NCBI GenBank assembly: GCA_963727505.1
Contig: CAVSGP010000010.1
Location: 38,583 to 102,582, forward strand
Origin: an uncultured Trueperaceae bacterium
Lineage (GTDB): Bacteria; Deinococcota; Deinococci; Deinococcales; Trueperaceae
Length of the DNA stretch: 64,000 nucleotides
Direction: 5' to 3'
The notes beneath the pieces are model-generated. The model made no database searches. It was given only the letters and a program-made list of their open reading frames with translations, and was not told where the DNA came from. Shown in pieces: positions 31,901 to 43,239 of the stretch. The stretch's first letter is position 1, and each line of letters begins with the position of its first letter. Both the position numbers and the translations under genes were made by a program.

Positions 31901-33535
31901 ATGGGGCCGCAGCCAGCCTACCGATCGATCCGTTCTAGGGGCATGGACGGCGTGCTGAACCTGCTCAGGCGGGGTACCTGGTTCGCGCTTCTCCTTGCCG
32001 CGGTCATCAGTGGTACGGCCTACCTGATCGCCTCCAGAGCGCCACCTCGCTACACCGCCGCTGTCACCATCCTTGTTTCCCAGACGGGACCGCGGGGCGG
32101 GGACCTGTCCATACTCACACCAGCCAGGGTCGATCCAAGCGTGTACCAGACGGCCCTCCGTGAAGGCGGTGTGGCCTCCAGTGCACTCGCTAGTCTCCTC
32201 GGAAAGCAACCCGACAAGGGCGACCTAAGCAGTTTCCAGCGTGAGACCCGCATGACCACCCAGCAGAACGATGTCTCTAGCCTGTTGACCATCGACGTTA
32301 CAGATCGCAATCCCACCTTCGCCGCGAACGCCGCGAATGCGCTGGCCGACGCCCTTGCAACGTGGGACCGCGATCGGGCCCAGCAGAGCGTCGCCCGGAG
32401 CATTGCCGCGCTCCGCCAATCCGTGCAGGAACTCGATGCGCGTCTGAACGGCCAGGGAACCCCGCTTACGGCCCAGCAGAAGGACGAACTCACTGCCTTG
32501 AGGCAACAACGTCAGCGCCAGCTCGATGCCGGCCAGGCTGCCAACGTTTCGGCGGTGGTCGTTGGCCTGCTCACGCCTCTTAATCGGGCGCCGCCGCCCG
32601 ACGTTCCCAGCGGACCGAAGGTCGCCTTCCTCACATTGGTCGCCGCCATCCTCGGGCTGCTAGCCGGCTACTGTATTGTCGCCGTGCAACGTCTGTCCGA
32701 CACTCAAGTGGGTGACCCGGAAGACCTGCACCGGCTCAGTGACTTGCCGGTACTCGCTGAATTCGCGTCCGCACGCGATGCCACCCCCCAGAAGACCAGC
32801 GAGGCAGCGAGCTTCCTGCTCTCTGGCGCCGTTCGAGGGCTCGGTGGCCCCCCGGTTGTTTTGGCAGTGACCAGTTCCCAGTTCGTGGTCGAAAAGGCGC
32901 GCGTAACGATCAACCTGGCGGAGAGCGCTGCGCGTTCTGGGTACCGCGCCCTGCTGGTCGACGCCGACCTTCGCCGGCCAAGCACGAGTTACGGTCTGGA
33001 CGTATCGCAGGTGACCGCAACACCGCTCGAGGTCTACCTCGAGAACCCCGCCGTCTCCTACCACCCCGCCAGCGTACCCATCGGCGGCAACCTCGCATAC
33101 GACTTCGTCCCGAGCTTCACCTCGGCAACGTACCCGGTCGAGCTCCTGAGCCGAAACTTCGGGGAGTTGCTAGCAGCCTGGCGCGAGGCTTACGACATCA
33201 TCATCGTGGACTGTCCTCCTGTGTTGCCGTTTGCGGAGACGCTGGCCATCGCCCCACTATGCGACGGCCTGGTGCTGAGCGCTCGCCGCGGCGCGACGAG
33301 CCGCCGCGATCTGCGAGAGAGCCTGGAGCGCCTGAGGCAGTTCGACGTGGAGTTGGTCGGTACGGTGTTCCTCGCCGACGTGCCCGCGTCGTTCCGCCGG
33401 AACGGATTCCGCGCGCGCGGTACGGCGGGGGGAGCCCGCCAGCCAATCGACCCCTACCGTACGTTGACCCAGGGGCCGGGCATCACGAACGTGCGCGTCG
33501 AGGAACACCGCAACGACGAGCGACGTTCGTCATAG
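31901..33535 (+). CDS. Wzc-like polysaccharide co-polymerase 2
   Basis: Same architecture; TSSQFVVEKA, LLVDADLRRP and IIVDCPP; RBS GGAGG; TGtTAGACT at 31865-31873. Confidence 0.85.
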   Translation: MGPQPAYRSIRSRGMDGVLNLLRRGTWFALLLAAVISGTAYLIASRAPPRYTAAVTILVSQTGPRGGDLSILTPARVDPSVYQTALREGGVASSALASLLGKQPDKGDLSSFQRETRMTTQQNDVSSLLTIDVTDRNPTFAANAANALADALATWDRDRAQQSVARSIAALRQSVQELDARLNGQGTPLTAQQKDELTALRQQRQRQLDAGQAANVSAVVVGLLTPLNRAPPPDVPSGPKVAFLTLVAAILGLLAGYCIVAVQRLSDTQVGDPEDLHRLSDLPVLAEFASARDATPQKTSEAASFLLSGAVRGLGGPPVVLAVTSSQFVVEKARVTINLAESAARSGYRALLVDADLRRPSTSYGLDVSQVTATPLEVYLENPAVSYHPASVPIGGNLAYDFVPSFTSATYPVELLSRNFGELLAAWREAYDIIIVDCPPVLPFAETLAIAPLCDGLVLSARRGATSRRDLRESLERLRQFDVELVGTVFLADVPASFRRNGFRARGTAGGARQPIDPYRTLTQGPGITNVRVEEHRNDERRSS

Positions 33536-33739
33536 AAGCCGCGCGAGTTCGGGCGCTACGCTGAGACCACGCCTCCGGGTTGCCGCTGAAGCCTCCAGTT
33601 GGGCGATATGGAAGCGCATAGCCTGGAGGTCGGCTTGACCGGGTGTAAGGAGAGAGATGCGACGCTCACCCTTTTCTCGACCTCCGTTGTCGGTCCCTTT
33701 GAAATGCCAGTCTGCCGCCCACTTCCAGGAGGAGGCGCC

Positions 33740-34919
33740 GTGACCACTCGTATGCACCGCCATCGCACCAACTTCCTCCCCTTCGCCTTGCCGTGTATCG
33801 GTGCGGAGGAGATCCAGGAGGTCGTGGACACGCTGCGGTCGAACTGGCTAACCACTGGCCCCCGGACCAAGGCCTTCGAGTCCCAGTTTGGTGAGTTCGT
33901 AGGCGCTCCCGGCGACACGAGTCTGATGCTCAATTCGTGCACCTCGGCGTTACTGCTGGCACTTGCAGCGCACGGCGTGGGTCCGGGCGATGAAGTCATC
34001 GTCCCGTCGCTTACCTTCGCCGCCACAGCCAATGTGGTTATCCACCTGGGCGCTCGGCCTGTACTCGTGGACGTCCTCCCGGACACGCTATGCATGGATC
34101 CGGGGGCCGCCGAGCGGGCAGTGACGTCGGCGACCAAGGTGATCATGCCGGTACACTACGCTGGTCACCCCGCCGACCTCAACGCCATCGACGAGGTCGC
34201 GCTCCGCCACGGCCTGGCGATCGTCGAGGACGCGGCCCACTCAGCACAGAGCTGGTACCGAGGCGCGATGATCGGCTCGCGCCCCAACCTGGCCGCCTTC
34301 AGCTTCTACGCCATCAAGAACCTCACCACCGGTGAGGGTGGTGCTCTCACGGGGCCGGCGGAACTGCTCGACAAGGCACGTCTGCTATCCCTGCACGGCA
34401 TGTCGAAGGACGCGTGGAAGCGCTTCGACGAGGCAGGTTCGTGGGAGTACGACGTCACCGTGCCTGGATACAAGTGCAACATGACCGACGTCCAGGCGGC
34501 TCTCGGAAAGCACCAGCTGCGTAAGCTGCCGCAGTTCCACGAGCACCGCAAGGCCCTGGCCGAACGCTACAACGCGGCGTTCCAGCGTCCGGAGCTGATC
34601 ACTCCTACCGAGCGCGAGGACGTGGTTAGTAGCTGGCACCTATACGTGCTGCGCTTCCGACCTCAACACCTCAACATCTCCCGCAACGCGATCATCGAGC
34701 AGCTGAAGGCACGAAACATTGGTACCAGCGTCCACTACCGTCCGCTCCACATGATGTCGTACTACGCCGACCGATTTTCCTACGGCCGGAGGACTTCCCG
34801 GTAGCACGAGACGCCTTCGAGACCATGGTCTCACTCCGCTGAATCCGACCCTGAGCGACGGCGACGCGGATGATGTCATCGCTGCGGTGCTGGACATCGT
34901 CGAGGCGCACCAGGCGTAG
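33740..34919 (+). CDS. DegT/DnrJ/EryC1/StrS nucleotide-sugar aminotransferase (frameshifts after about 34790)
   Basis: WLTTGP, NSCTSAL, EDAAH, FSFYAIKNLTTGEGG and GYKCNMTD; RBS AGGAGG. Confidence 0.92.
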
Positions 34920-34924
34920 ACGCC

Positions 34925-35508
34925 ATGCTAAGCCGCGTTCGACCTGCTCGCCGCGGGGTCGGGCCTGCTGCTGCTGTAGCCGGTGTTCCTAGCGATCGCC
35001 GTTCCCGTCCGCTCGAGTCCCCGGGCCCGTGTTCTTCCGTCAAGAGCGCGTCGGCCGGAGCGGCAAGCCATTCCGCATCTATAAGTGCCGCAGCATGCGC
35101 GTCGACGCCGAGAAGCTGGGCGGGCGCTGACCGTCTCCAGGACCCGCGCGTGACCCGCGTTCGGGGCCTGCTGCGCGAGGCCGAGCTCGACGAGCTCCCC
35201 AGCTCGTCGATGTCGTCACCGGCGACATGTCCCTCGTCGGCCGAGGACCGAGGTGCCCCGGTACATAGCGAAGTACGACGACCGGCAGCACCGCGTGCTG
35301 GAGGTACCCCCGGCATCACCGACCCCGCCTCCATCGAGTCCCGCAACAAGAACGACCTGCTCGACGCCGCCACCGATCCAGAGGCGGCCTACCTGCGCGA
35401 GATCATGCCTGCCAGCTGGAGCTCAACCTCACCTACCTCGAACGCCGCAGCCTGGTCTCGGACGTCGCCGTCATCCTGCCCGCCTTCGGCGAGCTCCTGA
35501 GGCGCTGA
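34925..35508 (+). CDS. Short priming phosphoglycosyl (sugar) transferase, PglC/WcaJ C-terminal type; many frameshifts
   Basis: Fragments [37 protein letters not shown] and [10 protein letters not shown] in shifting frames. Confidence 0.75.
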
Positions 35509-35699
35509 TCCGTCCGCGGTCGTGCACGTGGCCGCGCCGGACCGCCGGCGAGATGCAGGGCCGCGGTGTGCCGGCCGGAACCCGCCCGCCGCTGCGGCGG
35601 CGTCAGCCGCCGCGCCGAGGCCGGCGCTGACGTCGACGCGCGCTGGTAGGGCTCGTCGTGCAACGCCAGGACGTTCTGCAGGTCGACACGTCCATCGAC

Positions 35700-36744
35700 A
35701 GGCGCGCCCGCGCGCCCATCGCCTCCAGCGACCCGGCTCGGACGCGGGCGGCGCCGCGACGCCAGGCCGTCGACATAGCCCAACCGGCGGAGGACGCCGG
35801 TGACCTCGTCGATGAGATCGTGCACGCCGCGGATATCGTAGGCGATCGTCGGCCGCTCAGGCGCTCAGCCTCCCTGATGCAGCGCCGCAACCCCTCGCGC
35901 TCGGACAGCAGGGTCAAGGCGAGAGGACGCGGCGAGAAGCGACGGTACATCCTTACGGAAGCCCAAAGCGCACACACTCATCCAGAACCTGCACCGCCAC
36001 CTCCGCGCGGGTCTTGCTCCTTCCAGAGCGCCCAGGACCGCGGAGGCGGGCACGACATCATTCCAGCCGCTCCACTCCCAGACGCCTGCAGCGCGTCCAG
36101 CTCCGGGACCGCGCAGGAACTCCGCCACCATGAGCAGCGGCTCCTCGACATCCTGGAGCTCCAGCTTCAGCGACCACCCTTCCGCGCCCGTTGCAAACAT
36201 GCTCGCGGCGTCACACGACATGTCAACCAATACAAAGCATGTGGACGATACAGTCGCGGCGCGGATCGGCATCATCACGCCCAGCGCCCCGGTGTACCTG
36301 GTCGATTGACCAGCAGAAAATTTCGTTCCACAGCTGGCCGTGCTTTCGGCCACGCGCGGCGTGCGGCATCATCCCTGACGGCGAGGCCCGGTGGAATCGA
36401 GGCCCCATGGGCCATCCTAATCAGACCCACACCCGGACGGCAGCACGCACGACACGGCGCCGAACCAGGGTCGACGAACCCCAGACGGATCGTCAAAATC
36501 GACATGTCGGTCGCGCTCGCGCGCCACCAGCTCTCGCAATCGCCTGGGCCCCGCCTCCATGGGTGGAGCTCGACGGCTGGCGCCGGTCCACGGCATCGGG
36601 TGCCGGTTCTATCGAACGCCTCCGGCTTGGCTCGGGTCGTTTCAGGACCTCGTTGCAGGCAGCGCCGCCCGCCGCCGCGGGCGCGGAGAGTCTCAGCGGA
36701 CAAGAGCAGGAAGAGCAGGTCGGGGTACCCTCATTTCTCATCAT
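35700..36744 (-). CDS. Probable sulfatase/alkaline-phosphatase-fold protein; severely garbled
   Basis: N-terminal PDLLFLLLSAETLRA (compare PxxxxxxxDTLRA), internal YTGAL and EPLLM, C-terminal EVTGVLRRLGYVD (compare LRxLGY); frame not recoverable. Confidence 0.35.
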
Positions 36745-36789
36745 GAGCAGGAGGCGCCGAGGGGCGCCCGCACGTGTTCTGCGTTCAGG

Positions 36790-37947
36790 CTCCGCGGCGC
36801 CCGCCTCTCGCTCGCAGCCGCCCCGCCCGCTGGGGAGGCTCACCATCGAGGGCCTCCCAGCGACGCGGCCCGCCGGGCGATTCGAAGGTCAGCCTCCACA
36901 TGCTGCCTCGCAGCGCGGCCCCAGCCTGCAAGGCCTCGCACATCGCATCACCCGGCCCATCGCCGCAACAGGGCCTCCCCAGAGTAACACGGTCGGACGC
37001 AGGCACGCCGTTCGTCTCAGGAGGGCACGACCTCCCTGCCGCCGCAGAGCCGTCGCCACCAGCCAGCAAGCGCTTTCGCGGCGCCTCCGTCAGCGCCACG
37101 ACGACCCTCCAGCCACAAGACGTCACAAAGGCGTCGGGGCGCGCCAAGGCTGCAGCACGTCGACGCTTCCCCGGATCGCTCCATACGCGTCCCCGCAGGC
37201 CAGCTCGCGGCCAGCACCCCTTCACGGCATCGTCTCCCGGCCCGCCTCCCGCCGCCGGGCCACGACTACGTCCTCCGCCGCGCGCCACCGCGCGCCCATC
37301 GTCAGGTTAGGTTCCTCAACACACATCCATCCGCCCGACCCGCCGCCGGCGGAAGAGCATGGCCACGCCGAGCTTCTCTGGGGAGCGGGGCGCCGCTCAA
37401 CAGTTCGTCGCGCGGCGCACACTCGTGGCGTCGGACGCGCGGATTCCTTCAGCAGAGACGGCGCCGAGTTCCGCGTGCAGCGCTTCCACGCACGCGGGGC
37501 ACACGTTCGTCGTGAGCGTGCGCAGCAGTTTCGTCGCGCGTCTCACGATCATCCGCCGGCGGGCCCCCTCGTTACGGGCTACGACCGATCAAGATCTCCA
37601 CCGGCATCGGCACAGGATGCGCGTCTGGCGCGTCGCGCAGGTTCGCGTACCCGCCATCTCGCTCTCCACCACGTCCGGGCACCAGCCGCGCACGGTCCGC
37701 GCCAGCCGCCACCGTGCACGAGGTTCAGAACGCCGCCGGTCATTGCCCTGGCTTCGTCGGCTCGAGCGCCCAGTTCGGCCAGCTCTGTCGCATCACGCTC
37801 AGGGGGGCCCTGCTGGCCAAGGCCACGAGTGCTCCCCGCGCAGCAGGGCTCACGGCGAGCAGGTCGACCTGCCTCTCCGCGCGGCCGCCGCTGGTCGAGG
37901 TGGTGACCGCGCGGTGGCGTGGGCCGGCCACTGCTACCAGTGAGCAT
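36790..37947 (-). CDS. Probable glycosyltransferase family 4; severely garbled
   Basis: Fragments GG(R)AERQVDLLA near the 5' end and DAFVTS...VALTEA near the 3' end; follows two GT4 genes on the same strand. Confidence 0.42.
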
Positions 37948-39088
37948 TTACCAGCACGGCCGCAAGATCATGCCGCATCCCGAGGACCTCGAGGTAACGT
38001 CGCGCCACCGTGTCCAGTCGGTAGCGCCGGTACCACTCGGGCGGCGGCTCGCTGCGGGGGCGCGCCAGCACGTCGACGATGGCATCGGCCATGGCCGCGC
38101 TGTCGCCGACCTCCACCAGCGCTCCCAGACGGCCGCCGTCGAGGATCTCGCGTGGCCCGCTGGGGCAGTCGGCGGCGACGGCCGGCGCTCCCAGCGCCAT
38201 CGCCTGGATGAGCGCGTTGGGCAGGCCCTCGTACGCCGACGACAGAACGAACGCACCGGCGCGAGCCATGTAGGCGAAGGGGTTGTCGACGAAGCCCTTC
38301 AGGTCGACGTCCTCGGCCACGCCCAGGCCGCGCGCCAGGACCTCGAGCTCGCCGCGTTGCTCGCCCTCGCCGAGGATGACGAGGCGGCAGGCCACCCGCG
38401 CGCGCGCCGCCGCGAACGCCTCCAGGAGCGTGTCGAAGCGCTTCTGGGGGGCGAGGCGGCCCACACCCAGCACCACGGGCGGCTCACCGGCCGCGAACCA
38501 GGGGTGGTCCAGCGGCTCCGAGGCGCCCTCTCGCAGGCGAGGCGTGATCACCGGGTTGTTGATGAGCGCCACCCGCTCGCGCGGCACGCCCAGCGACACG
38601 GTGAGCGCGTCCGCGACCCCGGCGGACACGGCGATCGCGGCATCGGCTCGGGGATAGGTCCGCCTCATGGCCCACAGCAGCTGCCGGGAGAGGCCGCCGT
38701 CATCGGCCATCGCCTGCCCCACCGTGTTCGCCTCGCGCACCACCACCCGCATCCCGGGCGCGAAGCGACGCGCCAGCAAGGCCGCCACGTTGACGTGCTC
38801 CAGCGTGCTGAGCAACGCTCGCGGGCGTTCGCGGCGCAGGTACCGGGCGAGCGGCACCAGGGCGGTCGCCACGCGCGCGCTCCCCAGCTCGACCAGCCCG
38901 ACGCCCGCCGGCAGCGCCATCACGGCCGCGTGGCGGCGGCTGGCGACCACCACATCCACCTCGCGGCCGAGCTCCACGAAGGCGCCCGCCAGGTCCACCA
39001 TCACGCGCTCGGCGCCGCCGCCGCCGAGGGTGGGCAGCAGCAGCGCGACGTCCGGGCGCCGCGGCTCTCGAACGCTCGGCGCCGTCAT
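37934..39088 (-). CDS. Glycosyltransferase family 4 (PglJ-like)
   Basis: GGGAERVM, VGRLAPQKRF and FVLSSAYEGLPNALIQAMALG; extreme 3' end uncertain. Confidence 0.9.
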   Translation of the reverse strand: MTAPSVREPRRPDVALLLPTLGGGGAERVMVDLAGAFVELGREVDVVVASRRHAAVMALPAGVGLVELGSARVATALVPLARYLRRERPRALLSTLEHVNVAALLARRFAPGMRVVVREANTVGQAMADDGGLSRQLLWAMRRTYPRADAAIAVSAGVADALTVSLGVPRERVALINNPVITPRLREGASEPLDHPWFAAGEPPVVLGVGRLAPQKRFDTLLEAFAAARARVACRLVILGEGEQRGELEVLARGLGVAEDVDLKGFVDNPFAYMARAGAFVLSSAYEGLPNALIQAMALGAPAVAADCPSGPREILDGGRLGALVEVGDSAAMADAIVDVLARPRSEPPPEWYRRYRLDTVARRYLEVLGMRHDLAAVLVNAHW

Positions 39089-40257
39089 CCGCTCCCCTTG
39101 GGGAGCAGCTCGAGGTGGGCGTCCCAGAACGTCCGCACGGCGTTCTCCATGCCGAACTCCGAGCGCGCCCGCGCCAGCAGCGCCCGGCCCATGGCCGCCC
39201 GCTGCTCGGCCCCCAGCTGGACCATGCGGGCGATCGCGTCCCCCAGGGCTTGGGCGTCCCCCGGCGCCACCAGGAAGCCGTGCTCCCCGAGCAGGAAGGG
39301 GACGTCGGAGACGCGCGTCGCCACCGCCGGGCGCGCCATCGCCATCGCCTCGAGGATGGCGTTGGGCAACCCCTCGGTATCGGACGTGAGCACCAGGAAG
39401 TCGATGCTCGACAGGAGGCCGGGGGTATCCGCCACCACGCCCAGCAGCCGGCACCGCTCCTTCAGCCAGGGATCGGCGTCCACGCGGCGCCGCAGCTCCG
39501 GCATCAGCTCGCCGTCCCCCGCCATCACAAGGTAGTCCGGACGGTCTTCGGGCGGGAGCCGCAGGACCGCCTCGAGCAGCAGCTCCGGCCGCTTCTCGCG
39601 CCTGAACATGCCCAGGAAGCCCGCCACCACCGCGCCCTCGGCGATGCCCCAGGCGGGACGCAACGACGTCGCCGCGTCGGGGTCGAAGCGCGTGAGGTCG
39701 ACGCCGTTGCGCACCAGCCGGATCTTGCGGGCGGGAACGCCCTGGCGCCGGAGTCGCTCCGCGATGGCCGCGGCGTTGGGCAGGAAGCGGTCGGTGAGGC
39801 GGTCGACCAGCGGCGTCAGCGCCCGCTGCACGGAGCTCATGTTGGGAACGAGCGACAGGTCGGAGTGCATCACCCGCGGCACGCCCGCGAGTCGGGCGGC
39901 CAAGCGCCCCCAGGTGCCTGAGGAGCCCGTCAGGACGGTGTGCACGATGTCCGGACGGCGCTGGCGGAAGTAGCGCACCAGCGCCGCGAAGAACGGCAGG
40001 AACCGATGCTGCGCGCGGTCGATGGTGGTGATAGGCAAGCCCAGGATCTCCAGCCGCTGCACGATCAGGGGGTGCCGCCGCGAGGTCACCACCAGCAGCT
40101 CGAGCTGGATCCACTCGAGGGTCGCCGGGTCGGCCTCCAGCAGCGAGGTGAGCTGCGTCTCGGCGCCGCCCAGCACCAGGCTGTTGAGCACCAGCACGAC
40201 GCGCGGGCGCTCGCCCGCGACCGGGCTGGCAGGGCGCTCCCGAACGTCCACGGTCAT
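39085..40257 (-). CDS. Glycosyltransferase family 4
   Basis: GGAETQL, VRNGVDL and LTSDTEGLPNAILEAMAM; ATGA overlaps with neighbouring genes. Confidence 0.92.
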   Translation of the reverse strand: MTVDVRERPASPVAGERPRVVLVLNSLVLGGAETQLTSLLEADPATLEWIQLELLVVTSRRHPLIVQRLEILGLPITTIDRAQHRFLPFFAALVRYFRQRRPDIVHTVLTGSSGTWGRLAARLAGVPRVMHSDLSLVPNMSSVQRALTPLVDRLTDRFLPNAAAIAERLRRQGVPARKIRLVRNGVDLTRFDPDAATSLRPAWGIAEGAVVAGFLGMFRREKRPELLLEAVLRLPPEDRPDYLVMAGDGELMPELRRRVDADPWLKERCRLLGVVADTPGLLSSIDFLVLTSDTEGLPNAILEAMAMARPAVATRVSDVPFLLGEHGFLVAPGDAQALGDAIARMVQLGAEQRAAMGRALLARARSEFGMENAVRTFWDAHLELLPKGSG

Positions 40258-41577
40258 GCGGCCGGCTCCACCCCTGCGCGGGCGCGGTTCCCCCAACCGC
40301 CGACGATGAAGCGCGTCGCTAGCGCGAAGCCCAACGCGGTCCAGTACATGAAGCCGTCCGGCGCGTTCAGCGAAAGGTCGGCTACCAGCAGGTACACGAT
40401 CAAGGCGAAGATCACGTACCCGTCCGGCCCCCGGATGCGCAGCCCGTCCCACAGCAGTAGCAGGTGCATCAACACGAACGCCGCAAGGCCCACAAGCCCG
40501 AAATTGTAGAGGAACTCCAGGAACGCCTCATGTGTGGAATTCAGGCTGCCGAATTGCCGGCGCACCAGGATACGACTGCCGTCGAACCCATGCCCCAGAA
40601 GCATCTCGGGGACGCTGCTCGTCGCATAGCTCTCGATCGTGGCCCTCCAGATGGGCGTGCGTGCGTTGGCGGTAGCCACCTTGGGGCCGTGGAAACGCTG
40701 CACCAGGCCGAGCCCCCCGGGCAAGAGCAGGCCGATGGCCACCAAAGCGACCACGACCGCCAGGAACAGGAGCTTGCGGCGATCGTCGCGCGCGGCGCGC
40801 AGCACCAGCAACAGCATCGCCATCGCCAGTGCGATCGCCATGCCGCGAGAGGCGAGCAGCAGCATGGCATAGACCATGACACCGAAGAGCACCGTAAACC
40901 AAGGAATCTGAGGGTGGTCCCCCGCCGGGACCAATGGATCAGGTAGGCACCGGCAAGGACGCCGCTGAGCCCCACGAAGAACGCCACCACGTTCTGGTCG
41001 AGGTGGATGTCCGCGCGAAAGCCGAAGCCCCCCTTGGCCGCTTGCGCGATGGTCCACACGGCCACCACCAGGCCGGCCAGCGTTCCCCAGCCCGCGACGT
41101 GCCGCAGACCCCGGCGATCGCCGAACTGTAGCGGTGATCGCGCCGAAGCCGTACACCAGTAACAGGTTCAACACCTGGAAGTCGACGCTGCCGTGGAGCT
41201 GGAGCATCGACAGAAGCACGATGAGCATGAGCGACAGGTAGCACCAGGCCACGAGCGGGACCGGGCGGATGCCCCGACGCATCACCTTCACGAGCACGGT
41301 GACAAGAAACCCAGGTAGAAAGGGTAGAAGAAGCCGCTGATCTGCACTCCCGCGAAGGCGGTGTAGTACGCTCCGAACGCCAGCCAGAAGAGCCCCACGG
41401 TGAGCTCGGCCCGGTACCTGGCGCGAACGAAGGCGTACAGCGCCGCCAACGTTGCGATCCCGGCGGCCAGCCAGGGCACCGAGGTTGCCACAGCCAGGCC
41501 GATGAGCACGCTTGCCACCAGGCCGAGATCCACCGGACCGGGCCCATCGGCGACGGACGGCGAGGCGCGGTCAACAT
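40254..41577 (-). CDS. Wzy polymerase / O-antigen ligase family membrane protein (frameshifted)
   Basis: Many TM segments; SRG, RTPIW, LLGHG and HEAFLEFLYNFGLVG (Wzy_C-type motifs). Confidence 0.8.
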
Positions 41578-41689
41578 CCGTTTCCCGGCCTCAACGTCTG
41601 ACCGCCGGAAGGCGTCGCGTCCGGCGGGAGGCGAGCCGATAGCTGTGCATGTCGAGCGTCACCAGCGAGTACGGGGGGCGGGGCAAGGA

Positions 41690-43104
41690 TCACCATGGCG
41701 GGTTCACGACCCATCCCGGGCCGAGCCTCATCATGCGGATTTTCGCGAGGCCGACAAGAGCGCCAGCGGCATAGAGCGCGATGAACAGCGACACGGCCGC
41801 AACATCCCCGCCCGGCACCACCCGCGATGCAGCCCAGGCCACCCCGGCGAGCACGGAGGCCAGGGCCAGGGGCCCGAGCGCCACCTGCACCAGCGATCGG
41901 TCCCGCACGATGAAGTAGACCGCCGTGTGAAGCAACGATTGATCAGCGTGGCGGCCGCCGCCCCCTCCATGCCGTACCGCGGAATCAGCAGGATGTTGAG
42001 GATGACGTTGATGCCCGCCCCCGCCATCGAGATGCCCGACAAGCGGCCGAACTGCTTGTTCAACTCGAACTGCCGGTTGATGTAGGCGCCGTAGCCCCCA
42101 CCCACATGGAGACCGCGATGGTCGGGACGACGACCGCCGCTTGCTGGAAGTCCGGTCCGGACAGCCAGCTCACCAGCACGCGGCCGAACACGATCAGGAA
42201 GACAAGGGGCCGACCGTGATCCAGATGTACATGCGCTGGGCCTCGGCGATGGCTCGGCGGGCGCCCGCCTGGCCGGCATCGCGCCAGCCATTGAGGATGC
42301 CGGCCAGGCCACCATATAGACGGACTCCACCAGGCTCCCCAACAGCCGCTCCCCGATGGCGTAGCCGACACTGTAGATGCCGACCACGGCGGTGCCGCTG
42401 AAGTAGAGCAGGACCAGGCGGTCGGCCAGGCGCTCCAGCCAACCCGAGAGCGAGAACGGCACGACGACGGTCCCGCGCGAGAAGCTCGACCGTTCCGCGG
42501 CGGTCGAACAACTGGCGGCCGAGCAAACGACTCCATAGCGCCGGGGTGGCGTAGAGGTTTGCAAGCAGGAAGCCGAGGGCGATGGCCGCGAACAGGAGCT
42601 CCGCGGTGTGCAGGCCCAGCAGCAGCCCGGTGACGGTGGCGCCGAAGCGGATGAGGCCGCTGGCGATCTCCGCGACGGCGAAGGGCACGGCGCGCTGCTC
42701 GGCTCGGAGTAGCGTGGTGGTGTACGTGAACTGCATGCCCAGGACCTGCGTCACGCCGGCCACGAGCATCACCCGATGGGGGCCACGCTGAGCGGGTGAC
42801 CACGAGCACCGCCAGCACCCCGCCATAGATGATGGCGAACAGCACCGCCTGGAGCAGCGAGCTCCCCAGGAAGAAGCCTCGGCTCGTCTGCCGCGCGACG
42901 GCGTCGAAGTGCAGCCCAGCCCGACGTTTCGATCACGCGCCCGACCCGATGCCACCAGGCTCGAGACGACCAACGCCAGCGAGTACTGGCCGTACGCTTC
43001 GGGCGTCAGGTAACGCGTGACGAGGGCAGCAGGAAGAATGAGACCCCCTGGCCGAGCGCCACGGTCGCCATGTAGAGGAAGCTCTGGCGGACGCTCCAGC
43101 TCAT
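41690..43104 (-). CDS. Wzx-type polysaccharide flippase (frameshifted)
   Basis: MSWSVRQSFLY...LVTRYLTPEAYGQYSL, DRLVL...VGIYSVGY and NVILNILLIPRYGMEGAAAAT. Confidence 0.82.
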
Positions 43105-43239
43105 CCCAGATAACGGGTTGCGCATCAGTGGCCACGATACCCCAGGCCCGCGGCAAGATGCCTTCCGCCACGTCCAACACCACCTCCGGCAGGGAACGTG
43201 GTCCCCGCCGGAGGCGCGTCTGCACCCAGCCGGCAGCGT

